NCBI GenBank assembly: GCA_003693705.1
Contig: RBZT01000620.1
Location: 5,535-69,534, forward strand
Direction of reading: 5' to 3'
DNA length: 64,000 nt
DNA from: Polymyxa betae A26-41
Lineage: Eukaryota > Protista > Endomyxa: Phytomyxea
The notes under the pieces are model-generated. The model saw only the letters and a list, made by a program, of their open reading frames with translations. It did not search any database and was not told the DNA's origin. The position numbers and the translations under genes were made by a program. Below, piece after piece: positions 1-13,761 of this stretch (its first letter is position 1; each line of letters begins with the position of its first letter).

Positions 1-543
1 ATATCGATCATTGCCGCGTACAGGAAGACGGCGACCAGTATGACCAGGACATTGCCGAGGATCCAAATCAAGGCGAATTGGTCGGTCAAGAGAAAGCTCA
101 GAACTGCAATTGACCGACGAATCTTGACAGAATCTGCATCTGAACATGTTCCACTATTGGCCAATCTGAATATAACATAACATGTATCAATATAACTTAT
201 GTTTAGCGGTCAGTGCGTTCCCTAACCTGATCTGATCCTGTGTCTTATTGAATGCTACATATAATGATATAGCGAATAAGAACATTCCTTCAGTGCAGAT
301 AGATAGTAATGAAGCTCCTAATACAACATCCCACCATGTACCTAATCTATATTGAAGGAGATTACGTGATATCTGATGTAGACAGAAAAATGATATAGCA
401 ACGCATGTGGCTGTTAGAAGACGGGGACGCCGATTCTTGATAGGATCCAAGTTACTACATCGCCAATAGACGACAGGGATCAGTACGACCGGGATATGAA
501 TCAGGCCGAATATGGCAAAAATCCACCATACAGTCGGCAGCAT
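1..543 (-). CDS. Multi-pass membrane protein (GPCR/7TM-like), 5' part; runs off the window start
   Basis: From ATG 543: MLPTVWWIFAIFGLIHIPVVLIPVVYWRCSNLDPIKNRRPRLL..., with several hydrophobic helices. A GT-AG intron after ...DQIR joins an exon LANSGTCSDADSVKIRRSIAVLSFLLTDQFALIWILGNVLVILVAVFLYAAMID that is open at base 1. The basic 'PIKxRxP' after TM1 recalls protist 7TM(-RGS) receptors (inference). Confidence 0.5.
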
Positions 544-780
544 AACGGCTACAATCGCTGATGCAATCGCTTTCCCATAATAGATATGGTACGGTCCCAC
601 CGATCGTACTGGCCCTAGCCCGCCCTTCGCCAGGCGCCCAGAAGCAATATAATTCACCTGAGCAATAATGCGGTATACATAAGGGCAGATAGGAGCCCGT
701 TAATATCAGCATCAGAGTGTGAGTCAGGATTATAACGATAATGTTACTATACATACGAGATGTATTATGATATGGTATCG

Positions 781-2546
781 TTATTGATCCATAACAGGCT
801 CTTGTAACCTATTAGATGTGTTTGTATCAATCATAGCGAACATAAATAAATGATCTGATGCATATAGCATATTAAATTCAGGTATCTGGCTATTAACTGA
901 CACGTTACGACCTACAACTTCACAATGTCGTTCGTATAGATCTATTCGTTACGATACATAAGTCCGATCATGATACATATCGATACGATCACGTTACCTT
1001 TAGTAACAAAGATGTAATCGAATCGTCGTTTGGGTCGCCATGATGGAAAGGTAAAGCCAGCCTCCGAGTCCGGGGCGTCCTGATAAAAGTTCTATGGTCA
1101 GTTACAGAAATCATCAACTGAGTAACATGTGCATGTAACATTATAGACCTGATGTGTAGCAGTCCAGACATCAGTCATATTTGGGAAATAATCATCTGCT
1201 CGGATCGAGTTCATATCTCCAGCTAGTATGACGGATTCCCCCTATATAATCCATCATATATATACAGAAATCATTCCACCTATCCGACTGGACGTACCTG
1301 CTCCCAGTGTGCTTCCACAATGTCGCGAATTTCAGGCATTGTTCGAATTCGCGCCTTCTCACTCAGTGATCTACAGAATTTAGAGCATAACAGTCGGCGT
1401 GTCCATGGGGTGATGAGTGGAACCCCATCACCCCATCTTCCCTTACAAATGTGTGTTAAGAACGTGTATGATCTCAGACTTGGCCACAACACCAACATCC
1501 AGTACAATACGTTGATGGAAATCATCTACATCATCCACATCACGGGTTAAATGTGTTACAGATACAGAATCTATAGGATAACGACTAAATGTAGCCAGAC
1601 CCTCCCGTACTACCCTCAGCCGAATTAGTTCCATAGATGGAGTGCTATGTCATGAGGGTTACCGATCTCATCACCATCAGTGAACATCATAGCTGATTCA
1701 TATACATACTGCATATCAGGTAACATAGCGCGTAGATCATCAATCATGAATCTATCAGTATCTTTCGTACTAACAGCACGTGAGCGTACCTGTAACGTAC
1801 CACGTCTAAGTGTAACGTGACATCAAGAAACATCAAGATCAGAAATCTGACCTCTTGAAAGGCGATTATATCGGGGTCATACTGGTCCAGGATCTGTTGT
1901 AATAGTGGAATACGTAAGTTCCAGTGATTATAATTCCATATGTTGGCTGATAATATACGTAGTCCAGTACTACCACGACTATCACAGGTACTACCAGGTA
2001 ACTGAACATGTTTGTAACGTTGTAGATCACCATTATATGAACATCTATAACTGGTGATACTTGACACATTCTGATATGTTGTAATTGTAATCTCATGATC
2101 GAATGTGATCTCGGAGTCTGTAATACGTAATATGAGATCAGCGACTTCACCAATTACCACTATATCATCATATAAGCTACATCATACAATTTCAATGCCA
2201 AACATTGTTCAGTTGACAAACCAATCCTGAAGCATCTCCTCAACAACCAACCAAAATTCGATGTAAAATCGTAATGTTAGATTACTTGGGGGGAACGGTA
2301 TTGTCAAAGTTTGTGTCTGATTAGAGATAACATCTATTAGATGAAGACGATCACGATCTCCTTTAGCCATCTCCAGGATCTTATCCATAGCCAACTGATA
2401 AACACAGCATACGCGGATCAGTACGCATTGGGGGCACCGCTTCGCACCTCGGTTTATACCTGGACAATGGGGCTATCGGCATGGGTCAGTACGCCGGCCA
2501 TTGTTGCGATGAGAATAGCGGCAGCAGAATGAATGAATTTGAGCAT
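781..2546 (-). CDS. Secreted endonuclease/exonuclease/phosphatase (EEP) family protein, multi-exon
   Basis: Signal-peptide-like MLKFIHSAAAILIATMAGVLTHA. EEP motifs occur across exons: LRILSANIWN, PDIIAFQEVR, VILAGDMNS, GFTFPSWRPKRRFDYIF, YASDHLF. Stop TAA at 783-781. Confidence 0.8.
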
Positions 2547-4056
2547 AATAGGGGGGGGACTGCGTATTAATTGCTGATCAATATAGATATATGTAGTCTT
2601 ACGTATTATTGCAGTTACGGACTTAACAGATGCGACGCATGCAAGCCCAATACGATCGAACATTCGGTCAATGTTCGATATAAATGTGGATCTGAATCCA
2701 TCCACTGGACCATTAATGTAGAGGGGTCGTTCACCTCTAGACACACTGATACAATGGTGATCATGTTAATATTAGATAGAGCTACACCCATTGATCAATG
2801 AACATTGTTGTGTGGAGGATGTGGGATCATAAACTGAGATGACAGAACCGGACCTGATCATATCCACCCAGTTCGGACTGCATCTTGATTTCAAAACATG
2901 GCAATGCCGCCGGTGCCCCCGTACTGGCTCCCTGATGTTATCTTTACCTAACTCATCGGCTGGCTCATCGGCTACTACCTATAAACTCGATATATTTGAT
3001 ATAAATTTCATATATAATCTAAGAGTTGACATAGAATATGTTACAATTCAATTGGAATAAATGCACCATGAGCTGTTTTTGTGAGTCAGTCTTTAACATG
3101 TTAATGACTGAAAGCAAACACAAATATCAGATAGGATAGATTCGATTCGAATGGTGCCAAAATCTAGTATTGAATTGTCATATGGCGAAATTTGGTATCA
3201 TTTGTGAGAATTCGCAACAGATCAAATGTTCATTGTATGTTGGCACATTTACAAGGACGATGTTATGAGCATGGCATGGCCAAACATTAAGCATGGTATG
3301 CACGGATGATAAATGCATTAATTAATCTCACGAGATATTCTCAGCTGCGCTAACTATGCTCATTAAAACTGCAAATCTGGAGAACTCAAAGTATCTATGT
3401 TGAGTGCATAAACTGTCCAATTACTACATACCAACATATAAAGAGCGCAAGTAATCGGATCCGTTAATGATCATCGCTGAAGTCTCTGATACTGGGTATC
3501 TGCCTGTTATAATTATGATGTCATGTCGGCACAACGGAAGATCTCAATAAAATTGCTTCATGGAGAACCCACTGTTTCTAGACATTAGGGTTTGAACACT
3601 GCAGGTCTTAACGGTTGTGCGATCATTGTAGATGGAGACCTGTTTATGGCAAGATCCGTTCTCAGATCAGTATTTGATATCGATTGAGGTGACGATCTCC
3701 TTCCATCAGTGTTATTTACTAGTAGTAATATAACATCTCTATACTGAAACCATGTTATGCATCCAACAACAGAAAAGGTAGAGTGTACAGAGCTGCTCAT
3801 CAAACACAAGAAATGGATGTTGTTATAGAATCCATATCAAGCAATAGAGATTTCAACTTAGCCAGTATTGAATACGTCAATAGAGGTGAATTAGTTCTGA
3901 GGTCATGTCAGTATGATATGATTTAGTGTGTCTGTATTGTAATAGATATAATCAATACTGAAGAACTGAGAGATTATCATGACCTTCTATATATAATTAA
4001 TGGATTAGATCGCGGTACCCCTAATAACTAATGAGATTAGGAAGCTTGTCTCTATC

Positions 4057-7000
4057 ATGTCGAAATCATCATCGATTGCCGACTTACAGATAGGACATTT
4101 ATATTGGATTCCAGATACAGAACAAGGATGGATTAGGGCTAGAATACATCAAATTACTGATCATGATCTTCATCTAAAAGTTGGTGCTGATGACACATCG
4201 CTGACTTTACCAATTGATCAATATCGATCACTAATACCAGCTGGAGCTGATTGTGGTGATCTAGCTGATGTTCAAGATCTTACACAGCTCGATCGGATCT
4301 CTATTGCATCTCTATTGGCGACATTACGGGCTCGATTCTTCACAGATCGTGTTTATACATACGCTGGTCTTACATTGGTCTCTGTAAATCCGTTCAAATC
4401 AATCCCAGAGCAGTATGGTGCGACAAGTATGGCCTCGTTTATTAAAGGTGGTGATAATATGCCACCACATATATATGCAGTAGCACAGAGATGTCGACAG
4501 AATCTCATAGAGACACACCAACCACAATCATTAATCATCTGTGGTGATTCTGGTGCTGGTAAAACAGAGGCTGCCAAATATGCTCTGCAGTATCTGGTGC
4601 TATTATCAGCACATTGTACAGAATCTGATCAGATTAGAGAGGGTATGTCAGGGTCATTATATCGATTTCCTGAGATGAATAATTTGTTAGCTACAAATGA
4701 GATCCAAACAAGGATTATACAATGTAATCCTGTATTAGAAGCATTCGGAAATGCAGAAACCGTTCGAAACGAAAACAGGTTGGAATATTTTCGACGGTTT
4801 CGCCGAAAATCAGTTACGACTAGGGTCTAGGGTTTTGTGCAATTGAACCTTCCCACAGTTCACGATTCGGAAAATACCTGGAGATCAGTGTCGAGAAGCA
4901 GACCGGTGTGATACGATTGGCCAGTATGACGTACTTTATGTTGGAGACGTCAAGAATAACTGGCCATGCTAATGGTGAACGTTGCTTTCATGCATTCTAT
5001 GCGATAGTGGTGGGATTGGATCCGCAACTGCTCCAAGACCAGTTCGGTCTGCAATCGACCAAATCCACCTATAAAATTCTACAACCAGCCAATGGTAGTT
5101 CAGGCAAGCCCTCACCCCATCGACGACGTCCATCGATTCCGTCTTTAAAGGTCTCAAGTTGAAAATGCCACAAATTTTTTTATTTAAATTTCGAAAACAA
5201 GTGCGTCTGCGTTTGTGTCGTCTTTTTAAGATTGGAGTTTTATAAATGTGAACTTGTTGAGTCTTATTTTTTTACTTTTTTCTCATCAATGTATATGTGC
5301 AGGTAGCAAGTGCTGCTGAAGAATGGGCAGGAATTGTGTCTTCCATGAGACAGATCGGTGTGACCGATGACGAAATTCATGCGATCTCATCGGTTCTGGC
5401 CGCCATCCTCCACGTAGGCAATATTCGTTTCGAAACCGATGACCAGAACCATGCTCGAGTTATCGAAGATCATCATTTTGATTGGTTCATTCGCCTCACC
5501 TCATTTGGTAACGATCAATTTTAGAATCTTCGAATATTCCTGAGACGTCCTCTGTTGCTTACAGATCGCAAACGCTGTCTTGAAGCATTTACATGCCGAT
5601 ATCTTGGTCAGAATCCACAACATGTAGTACAGGTACCAATTGATGTTCAAGCTGCTGAATCTGGTCGCAATGCTTTAGCTAAAGAGATGTATGGACGTCT
5701 ATTTCGATGGATCGTTGCCCGCATCAATGTATCACTCCAGAATATTGCTCCCGTTCAATCTGATACTCTCACAACTATCGGCATCCTCGATGTCTTTGTA
5801 TGTTTATCATTTTGACATTTTTGTGAAATTCGATGACTGTATGAATTCGAATTTATTGCTTAAAAGTGTTCTTGGCGACTGTGAATATGTTAATTTGTCT
5901 CGTAAAACCGATTGTTTCTTAGACCTGATGACCTGTAGGGATTCGAAAAATTTGATGATCGTAACGGGTTCGAGCAGATCTGCATCAATTACTGCAATGA
6001 ACGCCTTCAGGCTATGTTTATTGAATCAGTATTGAGTGTTACTGAACAACAAGCATATTCTGTTGAGGGTATTCAATGGAATGCCATTTTGTTGCCGGAT
6101 TGTACACCGACGTTGACGTTAATTGAAACCATCCTCAAACTGCTTGACGACGAATGCTTAATTCCTCAAGGTTCCGCTTCCCATTTATTCACGACAATCT
6201 CACAGGTTTGGAGACATAGTCGGTTCTCTCAGTCTCGGTGAACTTAGTAGTATTCAGATATCCAGCAGTGTTTTCACCGATGATAATCGGCGCTCTCCAT
6301 TACATTTCACCATCTCACATTATGCCGGTCAGGTCCAGTACGATTCGTCTGAGTTTATCACCAAGAACCGTGACCGCATTAGCGACGATATGAATGATCT
6401 GCTTGATACAGCTACATCACTTCTGATCTATGCGGTAAATGTCTTCGATCATAATCCTTCCTGGTTTTGATCGGATATCCATCTTAGATGACATCATCAA
6501 CAACACCTTTCTCAATGTCTACTGAGATGCAAGTAGATGATCCAGTATCTGCTCGTCGTTCAACCACGAAAAAGAGCAGATTTCAAGCTGGACAGTTCCG
6601 AGGTCAAGTTCAGCATCTGATGAGCACCTTGGGTCGTACTACCCCGCATTTCATTCGCTGTATCAAACCGAACCAGGCCCAGCGACCCGGGCTGTTCCAG
6701 TTCGGCGCCGTACTGGACCAGCTCGGCAACGCCGGCGTCCTGGAATTGGTCCGCGTCCGACAGACTGGGTTCCCTATTCGATTATCTCATGAACAGTTCC
6801 GTATTCGATATCAGTTCAACGATATCGTTGAGCCTCTGGAAGTGTTTCTCTTAAGGCAGCTCAAAGAAAATCTGTTTGCTGTTGGAAATACGCTCGTCTT
6901 CTTAAAGGATGATGGATATTCCCGTCTTGAAGCGATTCGTAATCAGGTTTTGTTGATTTGCCTTTTTATTCGTTTGAATTGAAACATCTTTAGGCTTTGA

Positions 7001-8379
7001 CCGTCTCGGTAATTTCCTTACAAGCATTGCTTCAAGTAATCCGTGCAAGAATCAGATTCCGAAGATGGCGTTCATCTCTGGCTGCAATACAATCTGCTAT
7101 TGCTACATATGCCGGTGTTCGGTCACATGTCAGCAAGAATATCATTGCAGCTGCAATGCTAACGCTCGTAGCAAATCGTGCTGCTAGAAGTCTGCTTCGA
7201 TCCTGGTCTCAGAAAGCAAAAGATGTCGATCTGAATAAGATCGATGGTATTGATGCACTTTATGTAACCAGTCAAGTTGTAATGTTGACGTTTACGACGA
7301 GTGACGTCACAAGTGCCATGTTAAGGCTGATTTGTCAATTACGAGATGGAGCTCCATTCCGAATCTACAACTTATGCCTTGGTAACATTATTTTATTGGT
7401 ATTTGTTGACTTAGACATCGAGTTCAGATATCGAATACGATAAGAGTGCTCTGCTTCCTGGCGAATTGGCTCATTTCCCATCATCAGGCCATACGCCATG
7501 TCCGTTTGCAATGCTCTGCGAATTCTGCCTATCGATCTCGGAATGGATCTCAAAACCGGATTCGATCGCCATCGTTCACAGTAAGGGTGGTCGAGGTCGA
7601 TGCAGGTAATCGAACGTTACGCGATTTGAGAGAGAATAATTTATTCATGCCTGGTTGCAGCCTAATGATAGGCGCTTATCTATTGCATCAGCGTATCTCA
7701 GTAAGCCAAGCTGATGCTATGTCTCGTGTAGCATCGCTATGTTCCGATCAGGATCCAGATAGACATCTTGCGCCATCTCAACGTCGCTACCTCGAATATT
7801 GTACTGTTTCAATTACGAACACATTGACTGGTTCTGATTGACGTTGACTTGATAGATCATCGTTATGTGATCGCTAGCCCACCAACCCAGCTGAATGTGA
7901 CTGTCAACTTAACCCATGCAACTCTGGATAATGTGGACTCAAGCTATATGGGTCCGGATATGGAGATCTGGTTAATGATAGCTACTCAGCAGGTTTGTCA
8001 AGACACTGCTGGTCATGATTCTCGATTTGAATGAGCTCATGTTCAGGACGATGGGAAAATGCGGCAGAAATGGATTCGATCTGTGTCCAGGACGGCAACG
8101 TCGTGTTCGTGGAAGCTGCGGAAACCTTGCTTGCTTTCAGGAGATGTAAAAATTGAAGTCCTTTCTCGTGAGAAACGCGGCAAAGTCGCCAAAGTTCTCA
8201 TGTACGTCTGTACCCATTCAGCCTTCGTCCAGCCCCGATCGGTTTTCACCAAAACGGTATTGCTGAAGGATGTTGTTGGTATTTGCCTTTTCTCATCAGC
8301 TTTTTAGGAGCTCGATAAAGTATATCGCGATGCTGATAAATTTCAATTTGTAAGGTTCTCTATCGATTTTGAGACCTGA
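4057..8379 (+). CDS. Unconventional myosin (SH3-like N-terminus, motor, IQ) with a C-terminal PTEN-like pseudophosphatase and tensin-type C2 domain
   Basis: Motor motifs: VSVNPFK, P-loop GDSGAGKT, LEAFGNAETVRNENSSRFG, DVFGFE, HFIRCIKPN. IQ-like segments follow intron 6947-6993. Tail spliced through intron 7382-7427 and an intron starting at 7606 reads FRIYNLCLDIEYDK...IAIVHSKGGRGRCSLMIGAYLLH...PSQRRYLEY, then C2-like GDVKIEV...TKTELDKVYRD. Stop TGA 8377-8379. Confidence 0.88.
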
Positions 8380-10975
8380 TCTTATAATGAAAGCTCATAA
8401 AATAATAGCAGAGTTAACTGCAGATTATATGCTCAGATTTACTTGTCTCCGTGCAGCATAGATATCAATTGTTTCTTCATTCTATTCTTTTCGCCCGTAA
8501 CAGATTTACTGTGTCGAAGCGTGGCAATACGTTTAGACGTTGAGTTAAAGATGTTCGCCTTTCTCTCCAACTGGAATACTTTGAATTCCATGCCAGATTA
8601 TCGAACAAACATTTGCAGACAATAATCTATCACCACAATTATTTTGTAAAACCAGCATAATCTTCGGGTCTTGGTTCTAAGAGCATACCAAGATATCAAG
8701 TCGTCCGTCCACAACAAACTCGATAAATTCTCTGGTATCTTCCACCATAACGGATTATGGATCAGAAAATTCTAAACTTCCAGCGTCAGATTTTTCCAAT
8801 AGGACTTAGGAGCTACGAGATGGCTTCATCGACGAAATCGTTAAGTAATGCATTACTGTTATCAGATGAATATCCAAAAGAATAGATAGGTAATCGTATT
8901 CGTAAAGATGCTTCAGTGTGTGACGAACATAACGTGCGAATCATCTACAACTTCTCAGTTATCAACTCACATTTGGCATCATGATCTCAGCTCTGAGCCG
9001 GTTGCGACTGGGGTTCGAGATCTGTGTAAACTGGTTGAGAACGCTCTTTACCCTCAAAACGCTACTGTACGGCTATGTAGGCAGGCCAGACACCAACCAA
9101 GTATTGCTTTCAGGAGGATATAGTTTTTGGACTGGAAAACTGATTCTCAAATCGCAGGACATCAATGCTAATGAAAAAGACACACAAGCGCAGGTTGAAG
9201 GCGAAGTCGAAACCGCGACTTTTGAGGACCAAGTCGAACTGGAATTAGATAACGACGATGAGCAATTCTTGCTGGAAGGAGCATCACAGGTCCAGTTTGA
9301 CTGGAATTGTTTGAAAACGCCAGTGCCCGAGAGGATTCCGGCCAATGATGTTATTGGTGAGCCAGCATCATGACAGATTAACCATTATGCCAATAAACTG
9401 GAAGATTACAATAAAAACTCTGTGTTTTACTATATAACGCCAATATCTGAGAGGAGTTGCTCAACTGATGACTTGATAGATTTAAATAAAAACGCTTAGT
9501 GGCTTATCACAATCAGCAAGCAAGAAATGAGAAGCGAGAACAGCGTCGCGGGTCGGTTCCAGTTTCTCATCGAAATGATGAGAAAACACCGATTTGAAGG
9601 ACAAAGCTGCATCCTAAGCGACGCGTTAAGTCATGTAAACTGTAAAAACGGGTAACCAGAAAGAGAACAAATAAGAGTTAAATAATACGACCAACAATTG
9701 CAGAGAGATTCTTGACCACGCTCACATAAACCCAAGCTGGGATCATCGACGAATAGCATGAAGTGAAAACTGCAGCAGCAAGACCGGTAATGAAATTCGG
9801 AATAGGCAATCTAGGGCATCTTGAGATGGGACAATTATCTTGTGCAGTGATGTGATATAAATCAAAGCCTTCGTCTTCATTCCTGTTCTCACTGAAGAAT
9901 TTACAATTCGGCATTGAAGACAGTATCAGCATTCTGAGGGAAAATCAACAAAGCATCTATTTCTGATTGTTAAACACACCTCTCAAACTCAATACCCTGT
10001 ATAAGGCGTTCAGCAACAGCAGCCAGGTCGCCATCGTCGACAAGCTCGTCGTCAGGGCAAAATGCGACCAAATCGTCTTCTCTTTCCACTATTTGAATGT
10101 GGATATCTTTCTGTTTACAGCTATCACACTCGACGGAAACAAACGTCGAAGCACCAGCTGATGCCACCCTGCCGATGGCCAGAAGAAAATTACGACAGCG
10201 ACGCTTCGCGACCGAATCGATGCGAATCTGTATGAAACCATGAGACAAGCGAACAGGATGCAGATATCCAGGTACATTATAGTGATGGTTGATTGACAGC
10301 TTGGAAAGTGTCAGATCGTCATTCCGACACCGGCTACAAGGATCCAAGTTCAAATCCATTAACTTTGAATATTACACCGTGGGAGGCAGTCTCAAACAGG
10401 TTGTATAATGTCGGGGTGCTTATTACAGTAACTAACAACAGTAAATCATCCAACCAAAGCTGAATCTCGACTTCATTTAAAACATATGGTAAATGGAAGC
10501 CAAACATAGACAAAATTGATTGGGTCACAATAGTGTGTCATCATTAGCTCTGCTGATTATAATTAGCAGCTAGGCTCCACCAAATGGCGTTAGAGCTAAT
10601 TGCTATCCAAAGAAACTATTTCTGTTCGAGTCAATTAGCTTCTAGTTGAAGCAAATTTTGCACTCATAGGATCTGATACCTAACGTCATTTATTATTTGA
10701 TTTCACGAACGATAGTCTTAACCATCAAGAAGATCTAATCTGGTGATGTCTGTCAATTTACTTTAGAAATCACGAACAAAATGATATGTTGAAGCCGCCA
10801 GCCGAAGAGTTATAAATCCTGGAAATGGGTTGGCCCATGACAGTTGAAATCGCAATCGTTAAAGGAAGGTGAAGACCGAGTTGGCGCAGCCCATCATCCA
10901 TCACTGCATATATACTGCCTTTGTCTTGATTTTGCTCTTCAATATTTGTCGTCGTCGGTATTATTGCCAGTCACG

Positions 10976-11564
10976 ATGTCCAATCCCGAAGCGTATGTCG
11001 TTCCCAGAAATTTCAAGCTGCTGGAGGAGCTCGAGGCCGGCGAAAAAGGTATCTCTTCCGGTAAACATGCTGGCTGGGTGTCATATGGGCTTGATGGTAT
11101 GTCGAATAACATCTGTTTATGTCATGATTCAACATTAGATTTATAGGCGACGATATACTCCTAACAAACGTAAGACTTGCATTCGTCAGTCCAATTATTG
11201 AAGGTTTCCTTAAGTGTGACTAACAGTGGAATGCGACGATTATTGGTCCACAGAATACCAATCTCGGTGAACGTATTTATTCTTTAAAGATTATCGCTGG
11301 ATCTAGATATCCCAATGAGCCTCCTACGGTGACGTTTGTCACCAAAATCAACATGTCTCACGTTGATGGCACCGGTTTAGTATTACCGAGTTTTCCATCC
11401 ATCCATAACTGGAAACCATCCAGCTCTATGGTCGATGTACTCTGTGCCTTACGGGAAGCCATGGTCTCCGCCAGGTAAACCTTCCGATCCTTGTTACTCA
11501 ATCGTGACTCTAAAACAATTTATGCAGCAAATTGCCACAGCCACCAATTGATTCTACCTATTAG
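10976..11564 (+). CDS. MMS2: Ubiquitin-conjugating enzyme E2 variant (UEV1/MMS2)
   Basis: [18 protein letters not shown]...VSYGL...[11 protein letters not shown]...RIYSLKI...[16 protein letters not shown]...KLPQPP; three short GT-AG introns. Confidence 0.92.
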
Positions 11565-11871
11565 ATATGTGGACTTTTTAAATAATAAACTTCATATTGT
11601 CATTGGCAGTTAATTTTGACTTTGCATTTCAATTATAGAAGTTTGGTTGGCGCCCTTTGCAGGAAAGCTTTACGGAGGCAGCAGCCACCCGTAGTTCGGC
11701 GATTTGCTGATAGGTATCGTAACGTAAGAGAGTAGAGAGACGCTGCTGCCTGCGTTATTGTTGCAAAGAACAGTTTGTCACAGGGTCGGAGGCAGTGAAC
11801 TCTGCAACTGCTCTACCTGGGAGATTTCATCCTGGATCCTGCAGATTAGAAAGTCGGCGTCATTCGTCAGC

Positions 11872-12554
11872 ATGGTGGCCTTTGTTGAGGATCTCGTATC
11901 CAAAGTAACCAACATCGAATGGACGCGCCTGAATCAGTTAAGAGCGGCGTGGGGTGTCACAATTACCATGACGACAGCTCTAGTCATTTCGGCAATTGTA
12001 TGCATCTTTATTATGCTGGTTTTCATGGTTTTAGCTCTAGACTTTCGTTCATGGCTGTCTGATCCCATCTGAAATTTTATTTCAGGTTGCGGCTGCTGAA
12101 GTACCCACGAAAACGCTGCAGTTTTCGCTGATCTGGTATATCCTGACGGTCGTTGTTTGGGCTACATTTTCTTTCATCGTACTACTGGTCAATGTGCCTT
12201 GGATTCAGATCGACCCGTCGATCGGCTTTGGAGCTCTAGTTGCATCATCTGCGTTTCTACTTACAGTTGAAGTTGACCATTGTGTATTCTGGGCTTCGCT
12301 CAATGGGATTGTACGTTTGCTTGTCGATCTCTTTTGTATTTGTGCATTTCTATGCACTGCTTTTTCATTGCAAGTTCGTCTGTATGATGTCATTGAGCTT
12401 ATTTTGTTTAAAGAGCTCAGTTACGAGCGTAGCAGTATTCAGTGCCCTGACAGCCACTAGCTTGCTTGTCACCCTGGTAGGTTTCCTTCAATTCAAAGAT
12501 GACCTTATTGGCGATACGGTAAAATCAGTGAAGTTATTAGTATTTAAGAACTAA
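11872..12554 (+). CDS. Uncharacterised multi-pass membrane protein
   Basis: Spliced ORFs 11758-12072, 12194-12460 and 12240-12554 give about five hydrophobic helices with plausible GT-AG introns; no family recognised. Confidence 0.5.
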
Positions 12555-12692
12555 ACTTTTGACAGAGTACCATGGAAGCTCCAAATGTCATGGCCGTTTC
12601 CTCGCAGAAACACATTAAACCAAAAGATTATTATGGCAATCATAACGCTGAGCAAGCGTAGACTTAAAGCATCAAATACATCTAACATATGT

Positions 12693-13520
12693 TTACAACC
12701 TAGATTGCAAGCTCCAATCTGGGGTTGGTTCAGAATTAGAAACCAATACAGGCGTCTGCAGATTCGCATCAACAATATCGCATTGAACATCAAAAAGGGC
12801 TTGGAATTCTATCAAAATCCGATCAGTAACTTCTTGTAAATCAAGCAATTCCGTCTTGCATAGCTTCTCCATGCTGGTGATATTGTATCCTTCCTCTCGA
12901 CTTATTCCACAAGGAATTATATGATCAAAATGTGACAGATTGGGATTCACATTCAAAGCAAAGCCATGCATTGTTAACCATCGTGAGCAAGAGATACCGA
13001 CGGTAGCAATCTTATCGGATGCGACCCAAACGCCAGGATAGCTCTTATGACGATGTGCTTTGACGTCATACGAAGCCAAGGTATTGATAATTATTTGCTA
13101 GGAATTTTTTTAGAAGCGAAAAAAATAAACAAACAGCTTCTACACTGACTTCGAGAGTGGATACATACCAGCGAAGGTCCATTCGAAAACGGCGAAGATT
13201 CAGCAAAGGATAGAATACAAGTTGACCTATGATTGCATTTCGTTATTAGGCCCTGACGAAAGTTCGAAACAATATCAACCAGGAGCATGACATGTAATCT
13301 GGCCTCCACGTTCAACCCGAATGACTTCAATATTATCGGGAATCTGATCCAGCTTCGTCTTCCGACCTCCAGTATAAACAAGATGATGTTGGCATACGAT
13401 CAGAATGTTTCGCGGATCAGCGCCTGAGAGCTGCTGCTGATGCAACGCTTGCTGCAGAGACCAGATCTGTTGATAAGATGTCGTCGACTTGTATAAGAAC
13501 GTAGTGCAGCGTTTCAACAT
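12693..13520 (-). CDS. LIPT2: Lipoyl(octanoyl) transferase LipB/LIPT2, mitochondrial
   Basis: [34 protein letters not shown]...KIATVGI...TMHGFALNV...IIPCGI. Confidence 0.92.
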
Positions 13521-13761
13521 CGCTACATTGGAGTGTGAATTGGACCAGATGCGATATTGGATGCGAATATAAAAAAGAATAGGCCCCGCGCAGACTCGAA
13601 CTGCGGTTGCAAGAATCAGAACCCTGCGTGCTAACCACCTACACTACAGAGCCAATCGTCACGATGAAACCGGTTGGGATTGTAGTCTCTCAGTTTCACA
13701 CAACAAACACAGAACTTTGGCGTCGTGATCGCAAACGGGTCTCCGTGTGCATTCTGTTAAA

